From Chiloscyllium plagiosum (taxonomy: Eukaryota), in NCBI RefSeq assembly GCF_004010195.1, contig NW_025215060.1, positions 1-53,529 on the forward strand: a stretch of DNA of 53,529 nt, in the 5' to 3' direction. Positions 1-14,119 of this stretch are shown piece after piece. Below the pieces are notes generated by a model that saw only the letters and a program-made list of their open reading frames with translations, made no database searches and was not told the origin of the DNA. The position numbers and the translations under genes are program-made. Numbering within the stretch: the first letter of the stretch is position 1; each line of letters opens with the position of its first letter.

Positions 1-3000
1 TTGAAATGGAGTATACAGCAACACTGCTACCAACAAAGCTGGATAACAAACATACCTGCTAGGCACCTCCACACTTCAGCAGCCAACTGGAGACTGTCCA
101 GAGTAGTCATGACACAGACTCCACCAATTAAGTCTTAAGTTGGCAATTGAGTTCCAAGGTTAACCATATTAAAAAGTGAGGCAAGGGGAGCACTTGGAAA
201 ATCGAGCATTCACCATGTTGTTAACAGGACAAGGATAGCAAATCATTTCCAGGATGACATCTGCCCACACCTCTCCCACCACGATCCCAGCCATCCTCAG
301 CTGGTAGCAAGAAATGTCAACATTCCACAGCCAGCCCCCATATTAATGCCAAACTGCAGGATCATTCTGATCATCTTATAGCACCCTTAATTTCATGCTG
401 CCAAGTACTAGATCAACCCCAACTCCCATGCTGCAAGAGCTGAACACTAACATAGTTATTCACTAAAGACAGGTTCTACCAAACTCTGGGCCTCCTTAGT
501 TTTGTTCAAACCCATAAACTCCCACTCTGGGGTTCTAAATTCCTGGTACTTACCCTTTCTTTCAAGATTTTGTACCTCTGAGAACTGATAAAAATTAAAC
601 ACACGGATGAAGGATGGTCTGATCTATGTTATCAATGTCTGAGAAGGTCAGCAAGAACAGAATACTAATTTAATATTTCGCAACTTGGGTTTTTAGCACA
701 CTGAAAGTCCTGCCAAAATCTCTAGAGCAGCAGGGATGTTTCAAATGACATTAACAAACAATACAACCACTAGTTTAATACAAGTTAATCAATTTAAAAG
801 ATAAAAATGTCATAACTTTTTTAAGAACTACACATTGAATTAACTGAAGAATGAGTACTGAGGCAGGCTTAATCCATCACTAGTTTCAGAGATATAAATT
901 GCCATTGTCCTTAGCAGGGTTTTATAATTTCCTCTTTTTGTTCCTTCCAAAATGTTCTTTAGTTCCCATCCCCTAAATGTACAAATTGATATCACAAGAA
1001 GGTTCGCTATCTGTTTGTGACTCATCAAAATAGCAATTAATGTCTGAATCCTAATGGTGAAATGCTGTGTGTGTTATCTATTTTACATTTAAGCTTCAGA
1101 ATAGGAGTTGTAAAATTGGCTTCTGTGTCATTGCTGACAGCCTGTTTTAAAACACTTATCTGTAGTGAACAGCTGAATATGCATCACCAAAGAAGGACTT
1201 GCTGTAATGGGCTTCAATCGGGAATAGAGGAATATGTTTCTTTTCCGCAGTTCATTTTGGCAGTGGAGTATAAAAACAACGCCTTGTTAATGTGAACCAA
1301 TGCAGCCAAGAGAACCAGGATCAAAAACACTTGATTTGAAAAGAACAACCAGGCTTCTAGAAATAAGCTACGAAAGAAAGAAAACTAAGTTGTGCAAAAG
1401 CAAAACAAAAAAAAAGCTGCAATGCTGAAAGCACTAAAGTCCTGGAGATAATGTTAGTCCAGAGGTGATTCTAACTGAAATTCCTCCAATCCACAAATGT
1501 CAATTCATTTTCTAACTTTTTTTGAAGAACAATTACTATTGTCCCTTCAGGTGATTATTTTTAAAAGGTGTTGATATTAACATTTAAATGTGGCACATCA
1601 TTGAGATGGACATAGAATTGTATCATGCATAAGAACATTTGACAAAGAAGCAACAGATCTCAGGTTTTCTTCAGCTTTCAATAAGATCATGGTCAATCGT
1701 GTTCCTCAACTTTACTTTCCCAACATGATCAACTGACATTACACTGATATCTTATAAAAATGCAAAGGAGAAAATTATGCAAAATCATAAAAATGAATTC
1801 TTTAATAGATAAAATAGAATTAATATATTTGTTCCCCGTGCATCAAGCAACCACAGCTTTCTATTGCTCCCATTAGTGCTCTTTCAGTGGTTTAAGCATA
1901 GCTCGTGGAATGTTGCTAATATTAAGAGATGATCTTTTGAGATTCACCTTGTCAGTAGCCATTAGACATTTCAAAGGACCTGGTTGCTGTCATAGCAATC
2001 TGGTTTAGCTGATTCCTGACACTATGGTGATACTGGTACTCAGGATAGTAAGAAAGCTTGCTGTGCTATCATCACTCCCACTGATCTGAAAAACAGTAAA
2101 TTTCAGGGGGCCAGTGACTTAATGTCTTACTGAAGAAGACTTTTTCCTATCGAAAGTGATTTTGATGTTGGAGGTAGAAATCCAAATGGCTGCAGACTAA
2201 TCCTAATAAACCTACACAAAAGATGCAGACATCTGAAGTGATGGTTTGGATGCAGAGTTCACTTGCTTCATGATAGGCTGCTGATTCCTCATGACTAGGT
2301 CACACAAGTAGCGCTCTGAAAACTTTAATTGTATGACACAGCAAATCTTTGGATGGCTTTCCAAGTCCTCATATAATTATACATGCATGGGTCTCTTGTG
2401 GTACAACAGTGTGTCCCTAACTCTGAGCTAGAAGATCTGGGTTCAAGTCCAACCTGCTTGTACCCCAAAATATCTGGACAGGGGTGAATTTAAAAATATC
2501 TGGAATTGTGTGCTGAAAAGAGCTTTTATTTTAAAATCAGCCTGTGGATCCAAGATTGTCTCAGTCTCTTGGGTGGTTTCCATTGTTTCCCATTCCCAGT
2601 TGTGCTGAGTGTTTAGTCAAGTGATGTAACCCTCCAACTTAACACCATAAAACTCCAGCACTTCCTCTCCCACTGAGGTGTTGAATTCAGTTCTGGTGGT
2701 TGGTAGGAATGAAATATACAATGGATTTTTTTTTTAGTATAATGTAACTCTGCCCAAAGTCTAACTACTGATGACCTTGTTTTTTTTTGCAGATGGCCTC
2801 ATCATTGTCCCCGGAGGTGCCTGCTCCCTCTGTGATGGTGTACAAATGCTAGCTGACCTCCTTTGTATGTGAATCAAATTATCCCAGAGAGAGAAAGTTA
2901 GTGAGTGATGGTTGATAAAAAGCAAGGTCCATGTATGGGAGTCCTTCTTCATCTTGTGTGGATGTTAATAGTTGCAATAAGTTGCAAATAGAATAAACAG

Positions 3001-3616
3001 CTGTCCAACAGGAAGAGTATTACTGGACTGTCATTGTCAGATGAGAAGAACTGAAAGCAACAACTACATCAGGTTATTGTTTGTAATTTGTGAGAATATC
3101 TTGTGGGAATAGAAACCTGTTAGTACCTGGTTGTGAAAGCAGTAAGCAATACAGAGCATATCATATGAAAACAATAAGCATTATTAGAACATTCTTCCAA
3201 CCGCAGGTACACAATGAAACCAGAAGGACAACATGACACTGACCCAGGCAGTGGAAAAGGCCAAGTCCAACTTAACCCTGTCACCTAGTCTTCACCAAAC
3301 TGCTGGCTATAGCTGCATCTGACTGTGACAGTTCAGTAGGAAGGAGCACCACACAAACTTTGTGGAGACAAAGTTAAGGATTCACATTGAGATATTCTCC
3401 ACATGTACTATGTGAAACTAGCACCACATCGAAAGTGATAGATTTCATACAGATTTAGCAACTCAAGACTGGACATCCCCGAGGCACGATGAGCCACCAG
3501 TAGCAAAAGAATTGGTCTCTAATAACAATTTGCAACCTCATGGAATGGCAGAGCCCCCACTCTACCATTTGCATCAAGTCAGGGATCAACCTTCAGTGAA
3601 CAATGCAGGGACAAGC

Positions 3617-4069
3617 TGTTTTAAAAAAATTCTCAAGGTCAGGTTCGTAGGAGAGTAGTCTGACACAGAACAAACGACCAAGAGGCGAGACTGCTAGAAT
3701 ATGGGCATTTTATTCCCCGCAGTGTCGCACAACGGGTCTGGCTTATACTCACTCTACATGTTACAAAAACTGGGAGCCGTCAGTTCTCGTAGAGCGGTTG
3801 CCAACAACCCACGCTCGGCGGTTAAACGTAACCCCGGAGCAGACTCACCGAACTGGAGACTTTTCCAGCTGATATACTCCCTTCCAGATATAAACATTCA
3901 TGTGAACAGCAGAGCAAGGCTAAAAAACACATTCCATTCTGGTTACATACAGATAAGAAGATTCACACGGGACTAAGCAACACCTCCATTCTGGTTAGAT
4001 TCACACATGTATTGGGACATAATTTTTAACCGTTTCACCACATTCCACTGCTTGGAATTTTACACCACA
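3617..4069 (-). mobile_element. Solo LTR (453 bp) with 5-bp TSD
   Basis: TG...CA termini, perfect TSD CAAGC at 3612-3616 and 4070-4074, minus-strand AATAAA at 3709-3714, internal direct repeats (ccattctggtta..gattcacac) and retained CpGs. Confidence 0.75.
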
Positions 4070-7000
4070 CAAGCACACCAGACATACTTAAAAATGAGTT
4101 GTCAACCTGGAGAAGCTACAACAGAGGACTACTAGCATACTGACCAGTATAAATAATAAATGATAGTAATTCTGAAAACAATGGATCAGTGCTAAACTCT
4201 GATATATCCAGTCATATCCAGTGTATCAAATGTATCAAGTGTAGATATATCCTGTCATAAATGGTAGTGAACAATGAAACAACTCATTGGAGGTGGAGAT
4301 ACCGCAAAGCTGTACCCTCAATGATGAGGGATACAAAAGGCAAAGTTGAAGCATTTGCAACAGTCGTCAGTCAGAAATGATGAGTGGACGTTCCATTGTG
4401 GCCGCCTCCAGAATCCCCAAACGTTACATGTACAAGTCTTCAGCCCATTTGATTCACTCCACACGATAGCAAAAACAGCTGAAGGCACTGGATAATTTAA
4501 AAGAATTGAGTTCTGACAATATTCTGGGGCTAGTAGTGAAGTCTTGTGCTCCAGAACTTGCAGCATCCCTAGCCAATATGGTTCACTGCAGCTAGAATAT
4601 TGGTATCTACCTGACAATGTGGAAAATTGTCCAATTAAGTCCTGTATATGAAAAGCAGGAAAATCCAACTCAGCTAATTACTGACCTATCAGTCAACTGT
4701 TACTCAATAGCAAATGGGTCATCAACAGTGCTACATAGCCATACTCCCTATGGCTAAGACCTTAATTCAGAACATGATGGAAAAATGGTCAAGCTGATAT
4801 TCTAGCCTCAAGATATGCATGGTCATGCCTCATAGGCATATAACAGTGAGCAGTTCTGACCACAGAGTTGCAAAGTCTGGCCAATAATAGAAAAAGCAAC
4901 AGACAAGACAGGAGGTCATGACGAGACAAGGTCATGTCTCACAGCTGACAAAAGAAGGGATAACTGTAAGCCAAGATCATGTCTTAATAAAAAGCTGGAT
5001 AGCGATTGCTGCACCTGCATCCAATGGTCATCAGCTTCAAGGTGACTCAGTGTTTTTCAAGCTTAAGATAAAGGGTATGAAAGGGTAGCCTTTTTAATGT
5101 ATTGCCAGTAATAACTGCAGAAAATTCTTGCGGAAGAGACCCCTAAGCTAAAGCAAGAGAATGACCCTTACATTAGAGTCATAGAGATGCACAGCATGCA
5201 AACAGACTTCTCTATCCAACTCATCCATGCTAACCAGATATCCTAAATAAACCTAGTACCGTTTGCCAGCATTTGGCCCATATTGTTCTAAACCCTTCCT
5301 ATTCATACACCCATCCAGATGCCTTTTAAATGTTGTAACTATACCAGCCTCCACCATTTCCCTGGCAACTCATTCCATACACGCATACCCTCTTTGAAAA
5401 AGTTGCTCCTTAGGTTCCTTTTATATCTTCCTCCTCTCATGCTAAACTTATACCCTCTAGTTCTGGACTCCTCCACCTAGGAGAAAAAGACCTTATCTAT
5501 TTATCCAATCCATGCCTCTCATGATTTTATAAACCTCTATGAGGTCACTCCTCAGCCTCCAACTCTCCAGGGAAAACAGCACCAGCCTATACAGCCTCTT
5601 CCTACAGCTTAAATCCTCCAACCCTGACAACATCTTTGTAAATCTTTTCTGATCCATTTTCCATTTCACACCATCCTTCCTATAGCAGGAAGACCAGAAT
5701 CGCATGCGATACTCCAACAGTGGCTGAACCAAGGTCCTGTACAGTGACAACTCCTATACTCAATGAACTGACCAATAAAGACAAGCATACCAAACGGCTC
5801 CTTCACTATCCTATCTACTTGCAATTCCACTTTCAAGCAACTGTGAACCTGCACTCCAAAGTCTCTCTGTTCAGCAACATTCCCCAGGACTGTATAAGTA
5901 CTACCCTGATTTGCCTTTCCAAAATGCAGCACCTCACACTTATCTGAATTAAACTCCACCTGTCATTCCTCGGCCCATTGGCCCATTTCATCAACATCCC
6001 ATTATACTCTGAGATAAATTCTTCACTGTCCACTGCACTTCCAATTTTAATGTCATCTACAAATTTACTAACCAGACCTCCTATGTTCACATCCAAATCA
6101 TTTATATAAAAGCAGTGGATCCAGCATCCTTATGGCACACTTCTGGTCACAGGCCTCCAGTCTGAAAAACAACCCTCCACCACCCTCTGTCTTCTACCTT
6201 TGAGCCAGTTCTGTATCCAAATGGCTAGTTCTCCTTGTATTCTGTGTGATCTAACCTTGCTAACCAATCTCCCATGAGGAAACTTGTTGAATGCCTTACT
6301 GAAGTCCATTTCGATCACATCTACCGCTCTGCCTTCATCAATCCACTTTGTTACTTCTGCAAAAGACTCAATCAAATTCGTGAGAAATGGTTTCCCACAC
6401 ACAAAGCCATGTTGACTATCCCTAATCAGTCCATGCCTTTCCAAATACAAGCAAATCCTGTCCCTCAGTATTCCCTCCAACAACTTGCCTACCACCAATG
6501 TCAGGCTCATTTTTCTGTAGTTTCCTGGCTTTTCCTTACCCCCTTTCTTAAATAGTGGCACAATGTTAGCCAACCACCAATCTTTGGCACCTCACCGGTG
6601 GCCATCAATGATATAAATATCTCAGCAAGGGGCTCAGCAATCTCTTTCCTAGCTTTCACAGAGTTCTAGGGTACATCTGATGAGGTCCCAGGGATTTGTG
6701 TTTTCAGACATCCAGCACCTTTTCCTTTTGTAAAATGGACATTTTTCAAGTTTTTTTCATTTATTTCACCACGTTCTATATCTTCCATATCCTTCTCAGT
6801 AAACACTGATGAAAAATACTCATTTCGTATTTCACCCATCTCCTGTGGCTCCACTTGTAGGCAACTTGCTGAACTTTGAGGGGTCTTAATCTCTCCCTAG
6901 TTATCCTTTGTCCTTAGAGTATTGATAAAATCCCTTTGGATTCTCTTTAAACTTATTTGTCAAAGCTATCTCATGTCCCCTTTTCCTCTCCTGATTTCCC

Positions 7001-7232
7001 TCTTAAGTATACTCCTACTGTCTTTATACTCTTCTAGGGATTCACTTGATCTCTGCTGTCCATACCTGATATATGCTTCCTTCTTTTTCTTGATCAAAAC
7101 CTCAATTTCTCTAGTCTTCCAGCATTCCCTACACCTATCAGCACTGCCCTTCACATTCACATACTGTCTCTGGACTCTAGTTATCTCATTCTTGAAGGCT
7201 TCCTATTTTCCCGTCATCCCTTCACCTGTGAG

Positions 7233-8352
7233 CAAGGAGGAGAAAGTGAGGATTGCAGATGCTGGAGATCAGAGTCGAGAGTGTGTTGCTGGGAAAGCAC
7301 AGCAGATCAGGCAGCATCTGAGGGGAGAATCAACATTTCAGGCATAAGCCCTTCATCTGATATGAGGCTTGTGGGCCGGGGCTGAGAGGTAAATGGGAGG
7401 CGGGATGGGGGTGGGGTAGGGGGGAAGGTAGCTGAGAAAGCGATAGGTGGATGAAGTTGAGGAAGAAGGTGATGTGTCAGAGGGGGAAGTGATGGACAGG
7501 TCCGGAGGGTGGTGCTGAGTTGGAAACATCCAGTCCCTGTACACATCGATCCTCCATGACAAGCTGTTGAAATCCACATTTATCCCATGTGGTTGCAGAG
7601 TCCCAAGGATGAATATGAGGTGTTCTTCCTCCAGGCGTTGTAGGAGTGGGAGGGGGAGTTGAAGTGTTCAGCTACAGGGCGGTGGGGTTGGTGGGTCCGG
7701 GTGTCCCAGAGATGTTCTCGGAAATGATCTGCAAGAAGGCGTCCTGACTCCCTGATGTAGAGGAGACCACACCGGGTGCAACGGATGCAGTAGATGACAT
7801 TGGTAGAGGTACAGGTAAATTTTTGACAGATGTGGAAGGATCCCTGGGGGTCTTGGATGGAGGTGAAGGGAGTGGTGTGGCTTTGTACTTCCTGTGGTGG
7901 CAGGGAAAGGTCAGGAGTGGGGTGTGGGCTGGTGGGGGCATGGACCTGACGATGGAGTGGCAGAGGGAATGGTCTTTCCAGAATGCTGATAGGGGTGGGG
8001 AATGAAATATACCTTTGGTGGTAGGATCTATTTGGAGGTGGCGGAGGATGATGCGTTGTATGTGGAGGTTGGTGAGGTGGAAGGTGAGGACCAGTGGGGG
8101 GGTTCTGTCCTTGTTGCATTGGGAAGGGTGGAGTTCAAGGGCGGTGGTGCGGGATGTGGAGGAGATGTGCTGGAGGACATCACCAACCATGTGGGAAGGG
8201 AAGTTGTGATCATGGAAGGAGGAGGCCACCTGGGACTTTGAGGTGGAATTGGTCATCCTGGGAACAGATGCAGCAGAGGCGGAGGAATTGAGAATAAGGG
8301 ATGGTGTTTTTACAGGAGGTAGGGTGAAAGGAGGTGTAGTCTAGGCAGCTCT
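7233..8352 (-). mobile_element. Penelope-like (Neptune-type) retroelement, 5'-truncated, inserted in CR1
   Basis: ORF 7580..8119 contains FTCTSTNVIYCIRCTRCGLLYIRESGR...RFREH-like, a GIY-YIG endonuclease with a CxxC insert. The downstream pseudo-LTR has a degenerate hammerhead (7332-7359). Confidence 0.85.
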
Positions 8353-8506
8353 GTCCAAGGTCCCAAGGGATCCTGACCAGGGAGGAGGGAGGGTCTATCG
8401 TTTAATTCTGATAAGGTGAACATCCCTTTCTTATTTCTCAGTTCTACCCAGATAACTTCCCTGGACATATTAACAGGAATATCTTCGCTAAGTACAGCAG
8501 TACTTA

Positions 8507-8870
8507 GAAAATAGAACATAGAAAAGTTCAGAACAGAACAGGCCCTTTGGCCCACGATGTTGTGCTGAGGTTTAATCCTAATGTAAAATATAGTAACTTA
8601 ACCTACATACCCCTCAACTCACTGCTATCCATGTGCATGTCCAGCAGTCGCTTAAATGTCCCTAATGACTCTGCGTCCATCACCACTGCTGGCAATGCAT
8701 TCCATGCATTCACAACTCTCTGCGCAAAGAACCTACCTCTAGCGTCTCCTTTATACCTTCCTCCTAATATCTTCAAACTATGACTCCTCGTACCAGTCAA
8801 ACCTGCCCTGGGGAAAAGTCTCTAGCTATTGACTCTTTCTATTCCACTCATTATCTTGTATACCTCGATC
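8507..8870 (-). mobile_element. CR1 3'-end fragment of a different subfamily, nested in the large CR1
   Basis: ORF 8603..8800 reads TRSHSLKI...RGRFFAQRVVNAWNALP...FKRLLD, the CR1 ORF2 C-terminus, with a tagaacatagaa tail. Confidence 0.85.
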
Positions 8871-11861
8871 ACTCCAGTCCCCCTCGTCTCTTACTCCCAT
8901 TTCTATCCTTCCTATAACATCTATACCTTGAAACATTAAACTGCAAGTCCTGTCCATCCCTAAACCGTGTCTCTGCAATTGCTATCATATACCAATCCCA
9001 TGTTCCCAACCACACCCTCAGTTCATCTGCTTTCCCTGGTAGGCCTCTTGCATTTAAATAAAGGCACTTAATTAATCCATCCTACCTCGCTCTCTGCTCT
9101 GTTCCTGACTGTTTGACTTACTCCTTTTTGCAACTGGATCAGTATCAGACTGCTCCCTTTTCTATCTCCCTGGGTAACCCCCCCCTCCCCCCTTTACTGG
9201 TTTAAATCCTCCCAAGCAGCTCTAGCAAATCTCCCCACCAGTATATTAACCTTGTTCCAATTTAGGTGCAATCTGTTCTTGTTATACAGGTCACTTCTAC
9301 TCCAGAAGAGATTCAAATGATCCAAAAATGTGATTCCTTCTTCCCTGCGCCAGCTCCTGAGCCACACATTCATCTGCTCTATCTTCCTATTCCTACCTTC
9401 ACCAGCTTGTGGCACCAGGAGTAATCCAGATGTTATTGAGGACCACCGTTTTGAATTCCTGCCCAACTTCCTATATTCTCTTCTCAGAATTTTGTCTTTA
9501 CCTTTCCCATGTTGTTAGTTCCAATGTGTACAACAACCTCGTGCTGGGTCCTCTCGCCTTTGAGAAGATCCTGCAACCTCTCAGAGATATCCTTGATATT
9601 GGCACCAAGGAGGCAACACACCATTCTGATGTCTTGCTGTCAGCCACAGAAATATCCGTCACAATTGGACCGCTTGGAACTTGGTGTACCCCTCATTACA
9701 TTAGAGCCAGTCTCAATACCAGAAACCTGGCTGTCAGTGCTACATTCCCCTGAGAATTCATCACCCCCTACATTTTCCAAAACAGCATACTTGTTTGAGA
9801 TGGGGATAGCCACAGGAGATTCCTGCACTACCTATCTCCATTCCCTACTTTTCCTGGTGGTAACCCATCTACCTGACTGTATCATCAGTTTATCTCCCTT
9901 CCTGCAACTGCCATCCATAGCTCCTGTAAATTCCTCATTGCATGGAGTGGTTTTAGTGGCAGCTGGAGGCAATATGATAGGATTTGCAATCAAGCACACT
10001 TCCTGCAGACAATCATCAGTAACACAGAAATTTTCCCTTATATCCCACATCTGATAGAACATGCATATCACTCTTAAGGGCAATCTTTGCATCTTAACGA
10101 TCTATAAACCCAGAAAAAAGCAGTCTTACTGCTCTAAATAAAACACTGCTCCAGGCTAACTTAGTATCTATGATTTATGTTTTTAAAGTTTAATCAAGAG
10201 ACAGATCTCATTAAAAATATATAATCAAAAAGAACCCACTCTACTCACTATTTGCAGATTCACAAGATGAAGCTAGTCACTAGCTGCTTCTCTGCTGTGA
10301 TCTCCCTACACAGGTTTCTTCAAGGTCAGCTGAGAATTTCACTGCTTGTTTATTTTTCTTAAGACAAATTCTGATGTCTGTAGGTACTTGAAACTAAACA
10401 GCAGAGGCAGTAGCAGTGAAGGTTCACTGTTGCGTCAGTCAGTGCAAGTTTCTTTCTCTGTTGATTTACACTGCCTTTTTTGAAATGGCCTTGTTAGTTA
10501 GCTCTGAATGAGTAATACCAGTTTCGCTTGGGTGACTTAGCTATACACTATTCTGAGCACATAGATCTTTAAATATACCTTTAGTAATGCAATTCGACAA
10601 TGTATTAGTTACCCATGTTTTTGAGATTCTGCTTCAACTGTATCCACGAATTGATCAAAGTTGAAACTGTGACAGAATTTCACTTGTGCTTCTGGCTCTT
10701 TATCCACTTATTGGCAATGGAATAGAAGTTCTACAGTCAACAGTTATCAAGCAGCACTTGCTTAGCAATAATTTGCTCACTGATGTTCAGTTTGGATTCT
10801 GTTGCTGCTACTCAGCTCCTGACTTCATTACAGCCTTGGTTCAAACAAAGACAAAAGAGTTGAAATGTGAGTGACTACCTTTGATATCAAGGCTGCATTT
10901 GACCGAGTGTGGTATCAAGGACTCCAAGCCAGCTACAGTCAACGGGAATTGGGGGAAAACTTTGCACTGGATGGACACATAGGTAAAAATACCTAGCACA
11001 AAGGAAAATGATTCTAATTGCTGGAGAACAGTCATCTCAGCTCCACAGGGTAATGTCCTGGGCCCAACCATCTTCAGATACTTACTTTATTAATGACCTT
11101 AACTCCATGCAGAAGACAAAAGTTGGGATGTCCATTGATGATTGCACGGTGTTCAGCACCATTCACATCTTCTCAGATGCCAACCCTGTCTATATGCTAC
11201 TGAGATGCATCCCTATCTACTTCTCCTCACAATAAAATTTCTCTACGTCTGGGATCAACTTAGTGGACCTTCTCTGGACTGCCTCCAATGACAGTACATC
11301 TTTCCTCAGATAAAGGGCCCAAACTCTTCATAGCATTTCCAGGCATGGTAAGATGACTGCCTTGTATAGTTTTGCTAGACTTCCCTATTTTTACACTCAT
11401 TCCCTTTGAAAGAAAGGTGAATGTTCCATTTGCCTTCGCTGAACTTGTATGCCAGTTTTTTGTAATTTATGCATGAGGACCCTTAAATCCCTTGGTGTTG
11501 TAGCTTCTAGCAGACTTTGTTCATTTACAAGTTACAAAAACTTACATTCAATCTTGCTGCCTTTTTAAGTTATGTAAGCATTTTGGGCACCATAATCAGC
11601 TCGCAAAGTGGTGTGATGGTTCACCAGTTCACTACCACTGAAATCTCTGTTCCAGCATGCTGCAAATAGGGCACCATTTTTCCAATGGACTCTCCACCAT
11701 GCCTTGCTTCCTCACTGAAAGCCTCTCGACATGTGTTTCAAGAATCTGGCAATTTTCTATGGCTCATCTGGTTTTCAGCAGAGACAGAGGCAAATTTCAG
11801 CAAAACAAACAGAAATTCTGCACTTATGAGTATGTGCTGCACTTTATAAATGTTAAGGATT

Positions 11862-12130
11862 GAGAAAGGAAATATATAAGAGAGACCTAAGGGGCAACTT
11901 TTCACACAGAGGGTGGTACATGTATGGAATGAGCTGCCAGAGGAAGTGGTGGAGGCTAGTACAACTGCAACATTTAAAAGGCATCTGAATGGGTATATGA
12001 ATAGGAAGGGTTTGGAGGGATATGGGCCGGGTGCTGGCAAGTGGAAACTAGATTAGGTTGGGCTATCTGGTTGGCACGGACGAGTTGGACCGAAGGGTCT
12101 GTTTCCGTGCTGTACATCTCCGTGACTCTA
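11862..12130 (+). mobile_element. CR1/HER1 3' end
   Basis: Contains ttcacacagagggtggta...tggaatgagctgccagaggaagtggtggagg and the gaagggtctgtttccgtgctgtacatctc tail shared with many copies. Confidence 0.85.
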
Positions 12131-14119
12131 TTTGAACTCAACTAGCTAGATTCATCCTGCAACATTGTGCAGGAGATTTTTGTTTGGTTATAAATCAATT
12201 AATTATTCTCACTATATGCAGCTTCTTCTCACAGTTTTAAGACTTAAGTAAAAGGCAGAGTGAAATGAGCATTTGCTGCTTTATCACTGGCATGCACTTA
12301 AAGCAAATTCCTGTGTCGCAGCAGTTTACAGTAACTATCTGGGACATAATCATATAATGATTTAATGTTTTTTAAATGGATTTCTCTGAAGTCAAGTATC
12401 AGCGTGAATTTACAAACTGGCATATTCTAGGCCATATAACCTGATTATTAAGATTATTTTGGATTGAGTACTTTGTTCACCGATATAAAGGCACTGGTAG
12501 AGGTTACTCAGCAGTGTACTTTGATTTTTCAGCTGTGTTCATGTTTCCAAGATCAGGGCAATTTTTAAATGGAACAAGAAAGCCATTGTATTTCATGAGA
12601 AGTGCTCAAAATGGAAATGCCTTTGAAATTAACGTATTCTTGGGTCAGTGAGGTAGCAGTAAAGGATAAGAGGAACAAACATCAAGAATTGTGGAAGTAT
12701 CCCGGATGTGATTTATGGACGTCTACTGATAATTCAGTCACTTTTACATAAAACAATTTATCTCCAGTAACTCATATCAACATTAAAACCAAACTGCACC
12801 AAACACCTGTTCAAATATATACACATTGGGATGGATTCTGCATTGCCTCGTATGCCCTAATAATTGACACTGTGTATGTGAAAAATTATCATTGGGAAGA
12901 TGGGGCAATATATATCCTGTTTTTCATCCAGAAGACAAGAAATTACTGTTTAACAGCATTTAACATAGAGTTTTAGTGAACACACAAAGGTTGAAACAGG
13001 GAACTTGCTCTTGAGACACCTTCATCATTGAATTTCAAAACTCTTATGTCACAGAAGAGGTACAGCACAGGACATGGCTATGTGGCCATTTCCATTTGTG
13101 CTAGCTTTCTGTAAGTGTAATTCAACTAATTTATGTCCAGTCATTTACTTATAATCATAGTGATGTACAGCACAGAAACAGACCCTTTGGTCCAACTCGT
13201 CCATGTCGTCCAGATATCCTAAATTAATGTAGTCCTATTTGCCAGCACTTAGCTCATATCCCTCTAAACCTTTTCTATTCTTTAATCCTTCCAGGTGCCT
13301 TTTAAATGTTGTATTTGCATCAGCATCCACCATTTCATATGTTTTTTTTCTTTAGATAATTATCAGTTAATTTTTAAAAGCTGTGACTTAATGTGCTTCC
13401 ACCACATTCTTAGACAATGCACTCTGGATCTCATTCACTCTGTCAAAAAGGTCCTCCTCATATTGCCATTGTTTCTTTCGCTAGTCACCTCAATCAATGT
13501 TAATTGCTCCTCAAACTTGTGCAAATGGGATCAGCTTCACCCTATCTACTTTGTCCAGATATGATTGTAGCTCCTCTACCAATTTTCATCTGAACTTTCT
13601 TTTTCTAAGGAGGACAAACCCACCCTTTCTGATGTCCACAAGTCTTTCAAAACAAAAACAAATCATTACAAATGTATTAAAATATTAGCTGTCCTACCCG
13701 TGGTCTCAAGATACTAATTTATGCTAGTTTATACTGAATGGGAGAGATGCAGAACATAACTCACAGTTCAAAATTGCCTTGTCACACAGTGGGCATCAGC
13801 AGCATCAGAATTGTATGTAGCTACCATCTATAATCTCATGACTATTACTCTCAGTTTGCAATCACTATCAACCCATTGAACATTGTGATTTAATAAACAG
13901 TGGCAGAGAGAATGCTAGGAGCAGCACCAGGCATACCTTCACACTAAATCATGGGCATATTTTTTACAGGCAGAGCTAAGTGACCCACAGGTAACAGATT
14001 AGGTCACAACCCATCATGAATGATGGTGGACAATTAAGAAACTAACACAAGGTGACAAGAAGATTGCCACATTCATTGCTCACAGTGTCCATGTGTTGTT
14101 GTGTAAATTCAGTCAGAGA

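Larger units (their letters stand above)
5173..10465 (-). mobile_element. Near full-length but decayed CR1 (HER1-like) LINE
   Basis: 3' tail at about 5175. RT fragments: ORFs 5493-6854 (ANIVPLFKKGGKEKPGNYR, SQHGF, DFSKAF, KFVDD). ORF1 SGNH-esterase fragment: 9194..9466. ORF1 Cys-rich N-terminus: 9832..10092. Possible TSD TTACA at 5168-5172 and 10466-10470. Confidence 0.88.
3230..11180 (+). mobile_element. Old CR1/L2-group LINE (second family) hosting nested insertions; pieces at about 3230-3616, 4075-4733 and 10736-11180
   Basis: RT-like segments (aaagcaggaaaatccaactcagctaattac; QFGF; FINDL...IDDC in ORF 11008..11235). The sequence resumes across the 4734-10735 insert (atcaacagtgcta / gtcaacagttatcaagcagcac). 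Confidence 0.6.
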
